In this document: one piece after another, positions 23,329-37,002 of the stretch
Numbering within the stretch: the first letter of the stretch is position 1
How the letters are laid out: each line of letters opens with the position of its first letter
Assembly (NCBI GenBank): GCA_040285855.1
Contig: JAUFOQ010000002.1
Span: forward strand, 1,798,001-1,862,000
Direction of reading: 5' to 3'
Source: Eukaryota sp. GEM-RC1
Taxonomy: Eukaryota
Length of the DNA: 64,000 nt
Position numbers and translations under genes: made by a program
Notes under the pieces: generated by a model
Databases searched by the model: none
Seen by the model: the letters and a program-made list of their open reading frames with translations, nothing else
Told to the model about the DNA's origin: nothing

Positions 23329-23943
23329 TTAATACCGCCTCCCACTCAATGTCAACTTCTTAATTGATGGTTTGCTATTAAAATATGTATGATATTTTTC
23401 CAGAGGAGGATACGTTAGCAAAGCTAGCGGAACCTCTCTTGCAAGGGAATCTAAATATGAGAAAAGTGCCATATCAGCATGGGACACTCTTCCTCCACAA
23501 ATGTTCACGGAAGGCAACTCTGATATCTGTACAGCCAACTGTAGTAATGAATCTGAATGCTCTTTCAACCACTTTGCACGCTGTTCTACTACTTTAAAGT
23601 CTGAGAGTGAAGGTTCCATAAACGAAGCATTCCAAAGTTGATGTTGGATTTGGTTGGCGTGCTCTGCCCACATATCTATCGTGGCCTTTTCTGTGTATGT
23701 TTCTCCATATGTGTTGAACTTTCTGGCTATATATTGTAGGATGGCCATATCACCAACAACAAACGCTTGAGATTCATCATCTTTCAATGCTGGCAGTTTG
23801 TTGAAGGGCAATGCGCTTCGAATGGAATCTGAATCTTGGCCGTCAACAAGTACTTCCTCATAATTGACACAGAGTTCATGAAGAAAGAGACGAATCTTAT
23901 CAGCAACGCCTTTTGCAGCGTAGTAGTACAGGGTGATAGTCAT
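23329..23943 (-). CDS. Glutathione S-transferase-like protein
   Basis: TLYYY..KG.ADKIRLFL, LPFNKLPAL, AILQYIARK, SHADMALF. Confidence 0.85.
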   Translation of the reverse strand: MTITLYYYAAKGVADKIRLFLHELCVNYEEVLVDGQDSDSIRSALPFNKLPALKDDESQAFVVGDMAILQYIARKFNTYGETYTEKATIDMWAEHANQIQHQLWNASFMEPSLSDFKVVEQRAKWLKEHSDSLLQLAVQISELPSVNICGGRVSHADMALFSYLDSLAREVPLALLTYPPLEKYHTYFNSKPSIKKLTLSGRRY

Positions 23944-24398
23944 GGAGTATGACAGAAAGGAAAGGAACAATGCCGGCAAAAATGTGACTGAATTTCTTTT
24001 GTGTGAATACAGCAGTTTTTCTTTTTCTTCTTCAATATTTGTGAGAATAACAGTATTGACTAGTCAGTTCTACACTAGCATGGTAGTCAAAGTCGAACAC
24101 GCATTACATAATTGTCTGTCCGTTAAGTTCTATTTATTCTAAGTCGTATAAGGGCAACTGCCGAGTTGACGAGGAGAATTAATCATCTTACAGTCCTTGA
24201 GTGAGTACAATATGTGTCAATCAATTGTTGCAAATCTGTTGTTCGATTAATTCTTTGAGTTCAACAAAAATAGAACCCCTCGAGTAGCTGCCTTCGCTAT
24301 GTGAACGTTATAACCGTCACAACAACAATTTCAGAGAGAATTATCCTACAATTTGAGCAATTACATAATAAAAGTTCAGACTAGGATTATTTCTCCAA

Positions 24399-25359
24399 AT
24401 GACAGACCCTCTCTTAACTTTGTTTACTCACTTCTATCATGAAAACAAAGTCTCACGGCCTCATAAAGTGGCGGAGCTGACTCTCGTTCTATTACGTGAA
24501 GATCCTAATACTGATCTCTCTGCCTCTTCTGAGTTACAAGGGGTTCTCGGTGATTCATTGTCTCTTAATCTTCCGTGGTTACATACAATAGTCTCTCAAC
24601 TAAAATCTGGAGCTGATCCAACTGCACTAATACAACATTACTCCATCAATCCAGCTATTGTAGAGCTATGCAAACGCAAAAAGAAGAAGACAAAAAGTCC
24701 TCCTCTAAATGAACCCGTTCTCAGACAAATCCCGCCTTGGTCCACTATTCCCACCCCCTCTATAGTCTACCTCAACTCCGGTAAACTCTCAATAGACGGC
24801 GTCAGAGTGGAGAAGTCTCAAACCCAGTCCATGGCGGCACTCTCCCCCGAAGAACGCAACCAACTCCTTAGTGTGTCTCTCCAACAACAAGGAAGCAGGC
24901 TCTGCCGTTTCTACCCTAACTGTACCAGACATGACTGTGTATTCAGCCACCCAACATCAGAAGAAGCTGACAGGATGCTCTCAGGTCTAACCCCCTCAAC
25001 TAAACCCCCGGGTACCCCCCCTGTGTAAGTACTATCCTAACTGTAGTAGGGGGGCTTCTTGCTTCTTTGTTCACCCAGATTCCTCTTCAACTAGTCAGAC
25101 TAATACGCTTACAAGTCAAGATTTGGATAAGTCTAAAGTTCCTTGTAAGTTTGGTTTACAGTGTAAGAATCGTCGTTATTGTAGTTATACTCATCCCAAA
25201 GATCCTTGCTTGTTCTATTTCTCGAACCCTTCCTGTTGTAGAAAGGGCTTTAGTTGTGCTTATAATCATGAAGATGCTTGTCCTAGTGGAATGAAGTGTG
25301 CTAAGCCTGGGTGTACTTTGTCTCATTTGGAAACAGTGCAAACTGAAAAAAGTTCATAG
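24399..25359 (+). CDS. Tandem CCCH zinc-finger protein, Nab2/ZC3H14-like (frameshift at C run near 25016-25021)
   Basis: CRFYPNCTRHDCVFSHP, CKYYPNCSRGASCFFVHP, CKFGLQCKNRRYCSYTHP and two further CCCH fingers. Confidence 0.75.
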
Positions 25360-25596
25360 TTTTTAGTTATGGTGTCATTTTCTGCGTGTGCCTTTATCTT
25401 TTTTTAAAAATTTATTTCAAAATAATCAAAAAAAATCTTGTTTGGTGAGACAAAAAGTCCACCAAACATCCCTTATCTTAACAACTGTTTTATTTATTTC
25501 AAAAGTCTAATCATTTTCAAATGTTCATTGATTGATTGCTGTTTGTACTTTGGAATTTATCAAAAAGGTTTATCAACGAATTTTAAATAATTTACT

Positions 25597-27163
25597 CTAC
25601 ATAATCGAACAACTCTTTTCTTTTAACGGAGGTTCAGAATCAACAAAAGACCTTCTCTTTCTGCTCTCTTCTGACGTATCCAATTCAATCAAATTTGACA
25701 CGTAATCAAGCTGACCCCCACTGACTTTCTTCTTTTCACTCACAGCATCACGTACTGATTGCAATAACTTCTGGTCAAAATCTTTAACTACAAATACAAA
25801 GTCATTTCGATAATAATGATAGACATCTATCTGGGATTCAGATAAATCAAGTAAAGATGCAAGAGCAGGTTCTAAATCACGTGATTTGGACCTGGAAACT
25901 TGCCTAATTGCAAAGATTGTTCGACGATCAGGATTGTAATCCTCACCAGATAGATTCAGTTGCCCAATGCTCTTGTGTAAGTACAAGTTATTGAGGTAGT
26001 TCTCATAACTAGGATGATTAGCTTGGAAAGAGAGAAAACAATGGCAGTTAGAAGAGAATCAAAACCAGCTGAGTGACAGGAAACTTCCAGAAACGGAATT
26101 GTCTGATACCCATTCACAAATGACAGCAGTTTATTGATTGACTCGTCACCCTCGTCACAATCAAACAATAGCTGTTGATCATTGTTAACCACAAGACTTT
26201 TAAAGACTTCTACCAGAGAAAGACGTGCAAAAGTCCCTATTCCCTGCGTTATTTTACAAGTATCATATACTTTGGGAAAGTTCTTTGAAACAAAATCCTT
26301 AAATAACTGTAACGAAGTTATAGAGAGACCATAAAAGATTGTAGAAACAAGAACTAAATCTCCCAGTCCTCCATGACAAACAAGAGGCTTTCCACAAGCA
26401 ATGATGTGATCAAAAATCAATCTGACCCCAATCACGTTCTTGATTTGACCGTCTCTGGACTCGTCAATCCTCTTATCATACGAGTAAGCACCCTCAGCAT
26501 CGAACTTGTACACTAAAGAGTGTCACCATCAGTCACACTACGCCAAGTGGTGTACTGATTTTGAACAGTGTTATGGACGAGGAACCGTTGTTTTGGGGAG
26601 AGATTCTTTAGAGGGAGGACATCCAGAGCATCGTTTTCAGCAAAGGAAGTAAGAGTAGAGGTAAGTTCGGTTAAGTAGTGAGAATCTTCATCAGAGGAAA
26701 CAAAGGGAACTTGCTTCCTCTTCTTACGAACCTCCTTGACAAGAGTTTCCCGTAGTTTCGTTTCTTGAGTGGGTGTTAAGTAAGAGACACCTTCAGTAAT
26801 CCAGGTTTGGAGATTAAGTCCGTGGTTTGTAAGAAATTCTAGAACTCCAGTGGAGAGAGTTAGATATTGGTTGTTTTGAAAGTGTTTGTTGTACTTTTGG
26901 TAGACGTACATGTGGTAGGATTGAAGTGATATGGTGTTATCAGGTTGTTTGGTTGAGCAAGTAATACCGAGCTGGAAAACACAGCAGGGAGTAAGAGCAG
27001 CTACTTCTGACATGAATCGTTGCTCAACTGTGTCAAGAGGATTATGTGTGAGTTGTTCGAAGGTAGAACTAAATTCGAAGTCACAAGAGACAAAGTCGCA
27101 ACTAGTGATATTCTGTTGAATCTCTGGCCATTTTTCAAGAAAAGAGGAGTTGGAAATGTACAT
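25597..27163 (-). CDS. PARN/CAF1-family DEDD ribonuclease with R3H domain (split by frameshifts)
   Basis: FVSCDFEF, QLGIT, FLTNHGL, QRFLVH (R3H), KPLVCHG..DL, YDT, HSAGFDSLLT. Confidence 0.85.
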
Positions 27164-27273
27164 CTGCTGCTAGTTGGAAGAAAATCAAAATTTGGCCAAT
27201 AACTTATTCCAACTATTGGCAATAAGACATTTTCCTTACATCGTTCCTGTCTTCTGTTCAGAACTTCAGAATT

Positions 27274-29251
27274 ATGGGTGTCTACGGATTGACTACATGG
27301 CTGAATAATCAAAAAGGCTTCAACTACTACTTCGATCTCAATAGATTTCAAACAACTGAGTACCATCTTGCAGCCGATTTTCTCAACATTTGTCACAATT
27401 TCTCAAGTTGCTTTGCCCCCCACTTCATAGAAGGTATTGATGGAGTCTCTCTTTATCGCTATGCTGTCGAACTGTTCTCTGAGCTGAGAGCTCGAAACAT
27501 TATTGTCCATCTCTTTGTAGAGATTCCAAATCAAGAAGACCTACTCTTTAAGTTTGACCGTAGCAAAGAGATATGGGAGACGGAGTATATTGCTATGATG
27601 GAAATACCGGAAGAAATGTACGAGTCTTCTCACAGAAGTCTTCCACTTCACGGATCGTTTGGATTCATGCAAGCAGCACATCAAACTGGTCATCGTTTGG
27701 TCTTTGTTCCTGGTGAGGGCGACAGTTACATGGCTCATGCAGTAGCTTCCGGAGTTTGTTCTGCCGTCTGGAGTTCAGATTCGGATTTCTTAGTGTTTCC
27801 CAAATGCAGAATGTTGGAACTACGAAACTTCAAGATGGTATTGGAAAACTTGCAACAAAACAAAAAGTGTAAACACAAACTTATTTCATCTGAAGACATT
27901 GCTCGTCGTCTGAAACTTACTGAAGCTGATCTCATTACATTTAGCAGTGACTGCAGGTTGTGATTTTACCAAGTCAAGTCTAGAGAAGTCTAGACATACA
28001 AAAATGATCTCTGGTCACACATTCTCAAGCAAAAGGATCAGAGATATTGCCCATCAATTGTCCAATAAGAAACTTCGTCCTAAGTTTCTTGAAATGTGGG
28101 GAAGTATTTTACAATCGAACAAGGAACTCTCATCGCTAGTCGATTTTTCCAAAAGATTTTATTACTACCACCTCATCGAATCAAATGCTATTATACGTGC
28201 CCAACCGAGCTCTTCATCACGTGATTTTGCTGAGTTCTTAACGCATTGGAACAATTTCTATTTCTCTCGTGAAATCCTTAAGTTTGATCCCTCTTTAACC
28301 TACAATAACTTTAACCTGACAACAATTGACTATAATCTGACTATTGGTAATCACGTATTGTATTGTGTTTTGAATGAAGTTGGTCTTTCAAAAGAAATTC
28401 TTTGGGTTGGTCAACTTGATGCTGATGCTGAGGTTTTTGTTTTTGACAAAGTGAAACAATCTCTGAGATCAGACTTTTGGCCCACCAACGCTTCTCCTAA
28501 AAAAGCCTTGTCCAATAATCCCAGGGATAGAATTGAGACTGCGTTTACTCTTCTGGCACATTGGGTTGACTATCACAACGTTCCTTCCTCCAATGTCTTG
28601 GATCAATTAGCCAAATTGTACGAAGCAAAACCGAGTCTATTATCAGTTGTTTTCTATGTATGGTTTTTATCTGCTAGTCAGATTCCGTTTGTTAAATTCT
28701 CGGATCTGGTTTTGCTTGCTTTTGTTGCTGTGAATGGCCAGCATGCCTCTTTTAATTTTGGTATTGAATTTGAGACTAATTATGAATCATTTGTTCTCTA
28801 TAAGGCTCTTAGTTCAACTCTAAGCAGTATTTTTCGCTTCAATATTTTGATGGGGTTTGAGGATTCCGTTACAATACTAAGATCTATTAACTTCACTTTC
28901 TATTCCTTCCTAACTTCACAGTGTAGTTTTTCAGAATCTCCATCAGTCAGTGATTGCCTAAACTTAGTCTCAGATATGATTGAACTTCCTTTAGATGAAC
29001 ACGAGGTCAGACTAGTCCACTTTATAATGTCTGTCGTCAATTCTGATGAAACAACTGCCATTCCTGATATTGATTTGGGAAACGTTTCCACTTGGGACGA
29101 TACTTACTATTATGAGATTCAAGAATTGAAATCCCCTATACTGAGTGATTTTGATGTTGTTAGTTTAAATGTTGCCAAGATTAATGTCAGTCAACCCAAG
29201 TCAAAGCCTGTTGGAACTTTGAATCCATTTGACCTATTAATGGATGATTGA
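27274..29251 (+). CDS. XPG/FEN-like PIN-domain protein, Asteroid/FAM120-like (frameshift near 27945)
   Basis: MGVYGL, ADFLN, GEGD, SSDSDFLVF, AGCDF motifs. Confidence 0.75.
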
Positions 29252-29449
29252 TTAGATATTGAATACTCAGTTTCGTGTAATTTAATGTAAATATAAACTT
29301 TTATACTTACTCATCAGAACGCATTGAAGATTTGGTTAAAACAGCTGAATAGCTAGAGTGAGTATTATTAAATAAAAACGTACAGATTTAATTCATTCAC
29401 AAGCTGTTTATTGTTTTACTGTCATTAACATTCAATGAGAGTAATGCTT

Positions 29450-30171
29450 ATAGTTTTTTCTATCTCGCCCACTACAATACTTTCAAGTAGATGTACTCAT
29501 TGATGTGCTTGAAACCCATCTAAACACTCATCTCGTGACCTGGCCTTGGTTAAAACCGTTAATTAAAGCAGCAGATGAAAGAAATGACTTGAGAGCTCTG
29601 GAATTCGTTGAGCCAATTCTGATCTGTTGATTGATGACGTGATGGCACTTACTACTGAAGAGTTTAAAACTCTGTCCAACTACTGCACTTCCACTCAATC
29701 ACTTGCGGTTTATTAAGTCGATGGTGGAATTAGTTCTTTATAAAAAGTTTAGATTTGATTGAATTTTCGAACATCTTAAATTCTTGTCCAATTGAAGCAT
29801 TTTCTTTTCAAGAATGGGATGAGTTTCTGTTTGTTCCTTTAAAGGAAGTCAAAGAATTAGAAGCCGATTTAATGAAGTTTCTGTTTACACGAGTTAAGAA
29901 TGTTTGTGTTACTTCGTTAGTTGTTGAAAACTCTTATTTAAACTCCGACATAACTAAAATACGGACTAAAATTGCGGAGTTAAAAAGCAAATTAATTAGT
30001 TTCTCACATTCTAGCAAAGATTCACGATTAACAGTCACTGAAGATAAAAAAAGTGTTTCATTTTTTGAACTGTATGCATTTGGACCAGGAAATATCCTGG
30101 GCAATGCTCCACTTCTTCCAGGTAATGAGTTTACTTGGTACTCTTTTACAGACAGGTATCGTGTATTATGA
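29450..30171 (+). pseudogene. 5'-truncated paralogue of the BTB gene at 1392-2447
   Basis: Direct nucleotide similarity (ctcatctcgtgacctgg, gcagatgaaagaaatgacttgagagct, WDEFLFVPL) with indels. Confidence 0.75.
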
Positions 30172-30514
30172 ATAACAAATCCAAATATTGTGTGGTACTG
30201 GATATTAATATCTTGCAATGAACATTACAATGTTTTACTATGTACACATGACATTAAGGAACAATTGTTGAGTTCCATGTAAATCTATTGGAAAAACACC
30301 TATGGCCATTTAACCACATAAATGAGTTCCAATACAAGCAAGAAAATGTGTTTGTTTGTATAAGATATAAAGCTGCTTGCATTGGGACACCTACGATAAG
30401 TGTCCTTATTTGAAGCATTCCATTACAATAAATGATCCTATTTTGAATACAATACGATACAAATACCGTGTATTGTACAAGGTCTAGAAAAATACAATAA
30501 CAAATACAATCCTT

Positions 30515-31156
30515 TTAACTACGTCTGATAGCAGGGGTTGATGCCCCGAGATAATGCTGTGTCGGAGGACATGGATAACCAGAACCGACAGGATAAGCAG
30601 GAAGAGGACCGAATCTACGCTGGAAGCCTAGAATACAATTGGAACCCGCCGCAATGATGATAAAGAGCAGCACAATGAAAACCATTGTCTTGTAGGATAT
30701 TGGTTCCACAAAACTGTTTATGGCTTCAGCAATAGCACGAACAGAGATGGCTACGGTTTCTATACCATTAGGATCCATGTTCATACAGTGAAACATCGTC
30801 TCACAGAAGCTTTGGGCTTGTCCACTTTTGGGTCCATCTGCACACTTGGCATCTTCATAGGACTTTTGACAATTCTGTATCTCAGTGATAAGGCCTTCAG
30901 AGGATCTGGCAGTTCTCAAAGAAATATCTCCGCGGATAGCGAGAACAAAGAGAACTCCAATGCAAAATAGACCAATAACACAGCAGATATTGAAGGTAAG
31001 ACGGACATATCCTGAAATGATAACCGGGATTTCAAGATGTCTGGAATAGGATGGGGCATAAGAGTAGGGGATGTCTCCACCGTAGCCATGAGATGGATGC
31101 GGTATAATGTTGTACCGCCCTTGATTTGGTGAACCGTTCATTGGTTCAGGTTGCAT
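30515..31156 (-). CDS. Brr6/Brl1-like nuclear envelope protein
   Basis: ISGYVRLTFN, two TM helices, four conserved Cys (C..SY...C, C...FHCMN.DP), AEAINSFVEPISYKT. Confidence 0.85.
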   Translation of the reverse strand: MQPEPMNGSPNQGRYNIIPHPSHGYGGDIPYSYAPSYSRHLEIPVIISGYVRLTFNICCVIGLFCIGVLFVLAIRGDISLRTARSSEGLITEIQNCQKSYEDAKCADGPKSGQAQSFCETMFHCMNMDPNGIETVAISVRAIAEAINSFVEPISYKTMVFIVLLFIIIAAGSNCILGFQRRFGPLPAYPVGSGYPCPPTQHYLGASTPAIRRS

Positions 31157-31435
31157 TTGATCAAAGAAATATCGAATCGATATCAATGTCAAATTAAATC
31201 ATCTTCTCTGATGTAATTGTTTTCTCCACTAAATCTCGATAAGTCATATAGTTTGTATGTAGCGATTCTCAGATTCAGTAGTGGTAATAGCCCTGAAGTA
31301 GATGAGTTAGAATTCAAATTTTAGGTATATAAATAAAACCGAGCAAAAATATGAAAAAAAAATGAAATACTAACATACTATTTAATCTAAACGATACACA
31401 ATTTAAATATTTTAAATATCAAGAACCCCAGTCAA

Positions 31436-32942
31436 TCACGATTCCTTTGCAGCTTCTTCATGAAGAACAGTTTTGAGCTGAGTCAGCTTGTTCTCATAAT
31501 CAGACATTTCCTTTTCAATAATGTCATCATCAACACGTTTTTGTTTAACGACATTGTTCGACAACGAATGTAACATTTTCAAAAAACTCTTTACTTTTCT
31601 ACTCGATAACAAAGTTACAGAGTCACCAGATTGATCCGCTCTCGCAGTTCTACCAATTCTATGGACATATGTAGAAGTTGAGGAGGGAGCGTCATAGGAG
31701 AGAACAAGAGAAACCTGGGAGAAATCAAGACCTCTAGAAATGACGTCAGATGCAATCAAAATTGATAGCTCATTGTTTCTAAATTTGGTTATGGTCTGAT
31801 TTCTTTTCTTTTGACCTAATTGGGAAGAAAATTCAGATATTAAATTGTGTTGATCGCCAAAAGCGACTTGTAAGTATCGCGCAAGTCGATGTGAATTTTC
31901 ACAAGAATCACAAAATATTAAAATTTGTGCAGATGGCGATTCCTTCAGGAAAGACTTCACAATTAACTCACAAACTAACGGTTTAACTCCTGTTTGAACA
32001 ACATAGTAAGACTCATGGAGGTTCTTGGGCACAGCAAACTGGTGACTCTTGGAAGCTTCCGTAGTGATCAACAGAGGGTTGGTGAGTTTGAGAGTTGAAA
32101 TGTAGGACTGACGAGGAATGAAGGTGGCAGAGCAAACGACTTTTAAAGGACTTTGAGTGGGAAATTTTAGATTTTTTAAAAAATTAGCAGAATTAAATAA
32201 ATTATCAGACGTTGATGGTTCAGTTGGATGAAGTTTCTTATAACCTAACGAAACCTTATCTTCTAAAAGTTTAACAAAATCTTGAAACGAGTCATTTAAC
32301 AATCGATCAACTTCGTCGAAAACAACGACAGATAAACGTGACCAATCAACAAAGGTCAAATTTAAATGATCAACCAATCGGCCAGGTGTAGCTATAACAA
32401 CATCCGTACTCTTTAAAGCTTCCTGTTCTAGAGCAAAGGATCGCTGTCCAACAAGAAGAGAGACTCTAGGGAAAAGTTGAGAGAGAACAGCATGTGTTTG
32501 AATAGCAAGATCTCTGGTGGGTGAGATGACAAGGGCTTTAATGAAGGAACCTTGGAGAGAGGCAGTTTTGGCAAGGATGGTGAGAGCAAATGCTAGAGTT
32601 TTACCAGATCCAGTAGGACTAGCGATGCAAATGTCACGAGTAGAAGGGGTGATGGTGCAGTTGTGAAGGATTTGTTCTGTTGGAGGAGGAGGTACAGAGG
32701 CAGCAGTGAAGAAAGAAACTGCTTGAAGAGAATATAGGGAAGTGATGTTGAGTTGTTTCATTCCCTTTTCTGAAGGGTTTTGGTAGGCCAATGTCTTTGG
32801 GATCGTATGATGTAGATGAGGGGTATACTACAGACCATCCTGAAGGAACTTTTGATGGTTGTTCTGGTTGGGATTCAACCTTGACAAGAACACGGCGATC
32901 TGTATCATCAGACTTCCTTCTCTTTTCGCCTGTCACTGTCAT
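31436..32942 (-). CDS. DDX51: DEAD-box RNA helicase, DDX51/Dbp6-like (frameshift near 32765)
   Basis: RDICIASPTGSGKTLAF, PTRDLA, TPGRLVDHL, DEVD, SAT, SRGLD, HRIGRTARA. Confidence 0.8.
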
Positions 32943-33039
32943 TGGTGGAAAAGAAATAAAAGGTATTTTTTTTACAAAATTTATCTGCATACATTAATCG
33001 ATCAAAAAATCTTTGTTCACAACAAAACTACTGTAATAC

Positions 33040-33500
33040 GGTATCCAAATAGTATAATGTACTGCAAATGTCCAAACTTTAAGTCGTCAGACTGGAATTT
33101 TTCCATCATTTTCTGATGAACTGACGGTTGTTAATGTGATTACTGTGGATGTTTGTAAAAAAAGTACATTTAGAGATGCTAAAAATGGAGAGAATCTCCT
33201 TGATTGTTCAGAACAATTTAAGATAAACAAATACGATGTTGCTTGACTGCTCTCAAAAATACAAAGCATGTTGATTACAACTTTTACAATTTTCCAATTT
33301 TAATTTATGGTCGACTTGGTAAGGATGCTCTTTGTTTTATCTCTGACGTTGGAAAAGTTGTTAGGAGAAGAATTTGATCAAGCAAAAAGTTTGATCGTTG
33401 TTCTGGTTGAATCGTATGGTCGTTACAAACAGTAAATCAGTTCTTCTTATGATCTCGAAAGCTTTTTCAACTCCTAGTGTTTTCTATAAAGAAAAAGATT
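33040..33500 (+). mobile_element. Degenerate RLE retrotransposon tail, relative of 58020-58721
   Basis: Shared nucleotide blocks gtgattactgtggatgtttgtaaaa and aatttatggtcgacttggta. Confidence 0.75.
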
Positions 33501-33734
33501 CTGTGAGTTTCCATGACAGTGTGCACATATATAGGAGCATTATATATTGCATATAATGCTAGAAGCTTTTCAAAAACACGTAAAAAGACACGCAAACATT
33601 TATTTCGCATTAGCTTAGCTAAAAATAATCGTCGCGCTTTTTGTGCTTTTTTAATGGACATTTCAAGTGCCGTTGCGTCTTCTTTAGTCATTCGCTTTCC
33701 TCAACACTGTAATTTTAATTTGAAGGATTAAGAA

Positions 33735-34350
33735 TGGGTAATTAACATGCGTTTGAGATTGGGGCTCTGGCGTAATGGCTCACTTCAACAGTCGAAGTGT
33801 ATCTGTAGTACTTCAAAGCCTGCTTCGTTTCACCACATTGTTAATTGCCCTAAATTTATTCATATGAAATCGGTTCTTCATAACAGTATTCGTGATCAAT
33901 ATCTTTCTTTATTTCTTTCTTAATTTACATCAAACGGATTTCACGGTAAAATTGAACCTCTATTGTCCGCATTTTTTGATTCTTTCATTCGTGATAAGAG
34001 TCGTGGTGATTTTATTGGTCCATGGTTAAATTGTCAAGAAGTTGTTTTGGATTTCACCACTGTGCATCCATGTAATGATACTGCTAGTAGCAAAATATTG
34101 GATGATCAGCTGTCACCTTTGGATAAAGCCGAAGAAAAGGAATGTCGTCGTTATTGTGTTATATTTCTAAATTGAATTCACAAAGACATAATGATTTAGT
34201 ATTTCAATTTATGGGAATTTGGGTTCTGCAGCTCAAACGTTTTTGTCATCTTTTAATCAATTGTGTTGCGAATTTGGCGAGAAGTTTTTCGATTTATCGT
34301 CTCGTTTCTTCTACTAGTAAATGTCGTTCAATGTTTCCAGTATTTTTTTG
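33735..34350 (+). mobile_element. Degenerate non-LTR retrotransposon 3' region (Zn knuckle plus restriction-like endonuclease)
   Basis: MRLRLGL, CICS...HIVNC...HNSIRD, IEPLL, RGD, LDFTT, broken by stops and shifts. Confidence 0.75.
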
Positions 34351-34556
34351 ACTGTATTTTGATGAAACTCCTTGGGGGTCAAGACCATATGTAATGTTTA
34401 CGTCTTTAGACTTTATGAATCTTTAACTTAAAGACTTTAAGAGATAAAGAATCTTTTTTTATTAGTAAGAAAGGTATTGTAGCATTGAATTCGTCTTTTG
34501 CGTCGTGATTTACATTTCTTTATTTTGAGGTACCACATTTAAGTGACTGTCATCAT

Positions 34557-36191
34557 TTACAATTGTTCTCGAAGCTCAGCAATAGCTAGTTTCTGTTCTT
34601 GAACAATTGCCTTTAAGGCAGTCAACTCTTCCTTCAAAGGAGCGATTGCCTCTTCAATTAAAGGTTGGACATCCTTTTCTGAAAAAGTATTCTCATTAGG
34701 GGGAGTATTAACTCTGTTGTCACTATGAACTTCAACTGAAACTTCAGGCTCGGGTTGAACTTCAGGTTCTTCTGCTTCAACTTCAGGTTCTTCTGCTTCA
34801 ACTTCGGGTTGTTTGGATTCCGTAACAGGTTCTTCTGCTTCAACTTCGGGTTCCTTAGTTTCAACTTCTTCTTCACTGTCAGTTTCGTCAAAAATAGCAG
34901 GATTTTTAGCTTCAACCACAGGTTCGGTTTCAACCTTGGGTTCTTCTTTTGGTTGTTCCACAACAGGTGGTTCTTCAGCTTCTACAGTTTGTTGAGTTAA
35001 ACCTTGCTCATCCAGCTCAGCAAGAACTGGACCACTGTCCTTACCACTAACCCACTCCTCAGCAGTAAGGGAGGCTTTACCGGCAAAAGTAGCAGGGAAA
35101 ATGTCCTTATCCATACCAGCTATAATTAGTTATTAGATTGTAGACATACCAGCTCTACGGGGAACCTTGAATGACACGGGTTCAACTGATCGTTCAGTAA
35201 GCTTGAAGATTCTCATCACCTCATTCTTCTCCAAATCCAAGTAACCCTTGGGTAGCACACACATACCTCTAGCGGGAACATTAGAGACAAACTCACTAAG
35301 TGGCTTGAGATAGGGTGCACTAGATAAAACTTCGAAATATCGAATGATACCTTCTCCTTTTCCAGTCATATACAACATACATGTATCAGGATCATATGCC
35401 GGTAAGAACAGAGATGAAGCTTGATCAAGAGAGTGGACATGCAGGGGTTCGGTTAGAGATTCTACGTTCCACAACTTGATTTCACGACCAACGGGTCTTC
35501 CAAATCCACAAGTGATGATGATATTGAAGTTGGTACACCACACAGCCTTGAATCCCTTAGCTCCTTCATGAGCCTGGACAGAAGAGATTAACTCTCCACT
35601 ACGAGGATTGATGACGTACAAGTGCTTATCTTTGCAAGAAGCTGCCAACTTGCTACCGTCAAGGTTGAAAGTAATGGAGTTAACTTGTTCTGGGGTGTTG
35701 TAGTGAGAGATTTGAGATCCGTCATCAATGTTCCAGACACGGATTCCATCCTGACCTGCAGTAGCAATGATGTTCTTTGCTGTCGGATGCCATACAACGC
35801 AACCAGCTTTGCGCTCGTGATGGAAAGTGGCAAAAGCGTCTTCGGCATAAAAACTGTCGGGAATTCCGCCTTCAGGGATTCTCCAAATTTTTACGGCACC
35901 ATCATCACCAGCAGTGGCAATGACGTCTTCGTCAAAGGGGTCAAAAGCGATGTCAAGGATATCACGAGAATGGCCGCGGATTGTTGAGGGATTTGTACCA
36001 ACTTTTTCAGGTCTATCAGCAGGGAGAACACAGACGGCTCCAGCTCCAATACTGGTCATAACAAATGCCAGCCATTTGGAGTTTACACATGAAAGTCGAC
36101 CGTCCCAAGCAGTAGAGGAAGCTTTTATACCAGTCCAGATGGAGTCCTTGAGGAGTTCACCAAAGACGTTTCGGAATTTAGAAATGGCCAT
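34557..36191 (-). CDS. Coronin
   Basis: SKFRNVFG, WD40 repeats, GKGEGIIRYFE, EPVSFKVPRR; 30-nt intron 35120-35149; acidic EPEVEAE repeats and C-terminal coiled coil. Confidence 0.95.
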
Positions 36192-36221
36192 TTTGGAAGT
36201 AGAAAAAAGTTGTGTTGGGTT

Positions 36222-36989
36222 CAGCAATGTAAAAATATCTTATTGTTATCTTATTGTTTTTCTGACATTCAACAATAAATATATTGTCTGGATTGATATC
36301 TTATCTTATTTATTGGTTATCTTGAGTCAAAACAATAAATATATCTTCAATAACGACAGTAACAAATCACTAAGAACAAGAATTTGATCACATTCATCAA
36401 TTGTAGCCTGATTGTATTGAGGAGTGAGGTACTTTATTAAATTTTCCAATAGAAGTTTGATCCCACAGATCAACATTGTACAACAAGAACAGTTGCTTTC
36501 CTAACGCTTTTGAGTTCAAATTTGGTTTAGTGTTTCCTGAAGTCCTTCTTAGCTCTACTGAAAAGCATTCCAGATGTGAATGCTTTATTCGGTACCCAAT
36601 AAGCTAACCTTCCTACAAAACTATGAGCATCCCATATTCATTTCTAGTTACAAGTATACAATATAAATCTATATATTTTAAATCTTGATTAGTTCGTTGC
36701 TGTTTACGTTTGTTCAATCTTTTGTTTGAGCCACCGTGACTGCATGCTCTCTGTTACTTTGGAGTTCAAATGCTTCAACACAATTCTACTTTTTTCTAAA
36801 TTGACATCAAGATAAAATCAGGTTACAGAAAGAAAATGAATGTTCTTGAATTATGTTATCTTATTGAAATATATCGTATATTGTTGAGTTTTCAAGATAA
36901 ATATATTGTGGAGAGAGAGTGTCACAATAAGATAACAATAAATATATTTATTGTTATTGAACAATATATTTATTTATTTTACATTCCTG
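36222..36989. mobile_element. hAT-like MITE immediately upstream of coronin
   Basis: 8-bp TSD GTTGGGTT (36214-36221, 36990-36997); TIRs CAGCAATGTAAAA / CAGGAATGTAAAA. Confidence 0.85.
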
Positions 36990-37002
36990 GTTGGGTTTAA
37001 GT

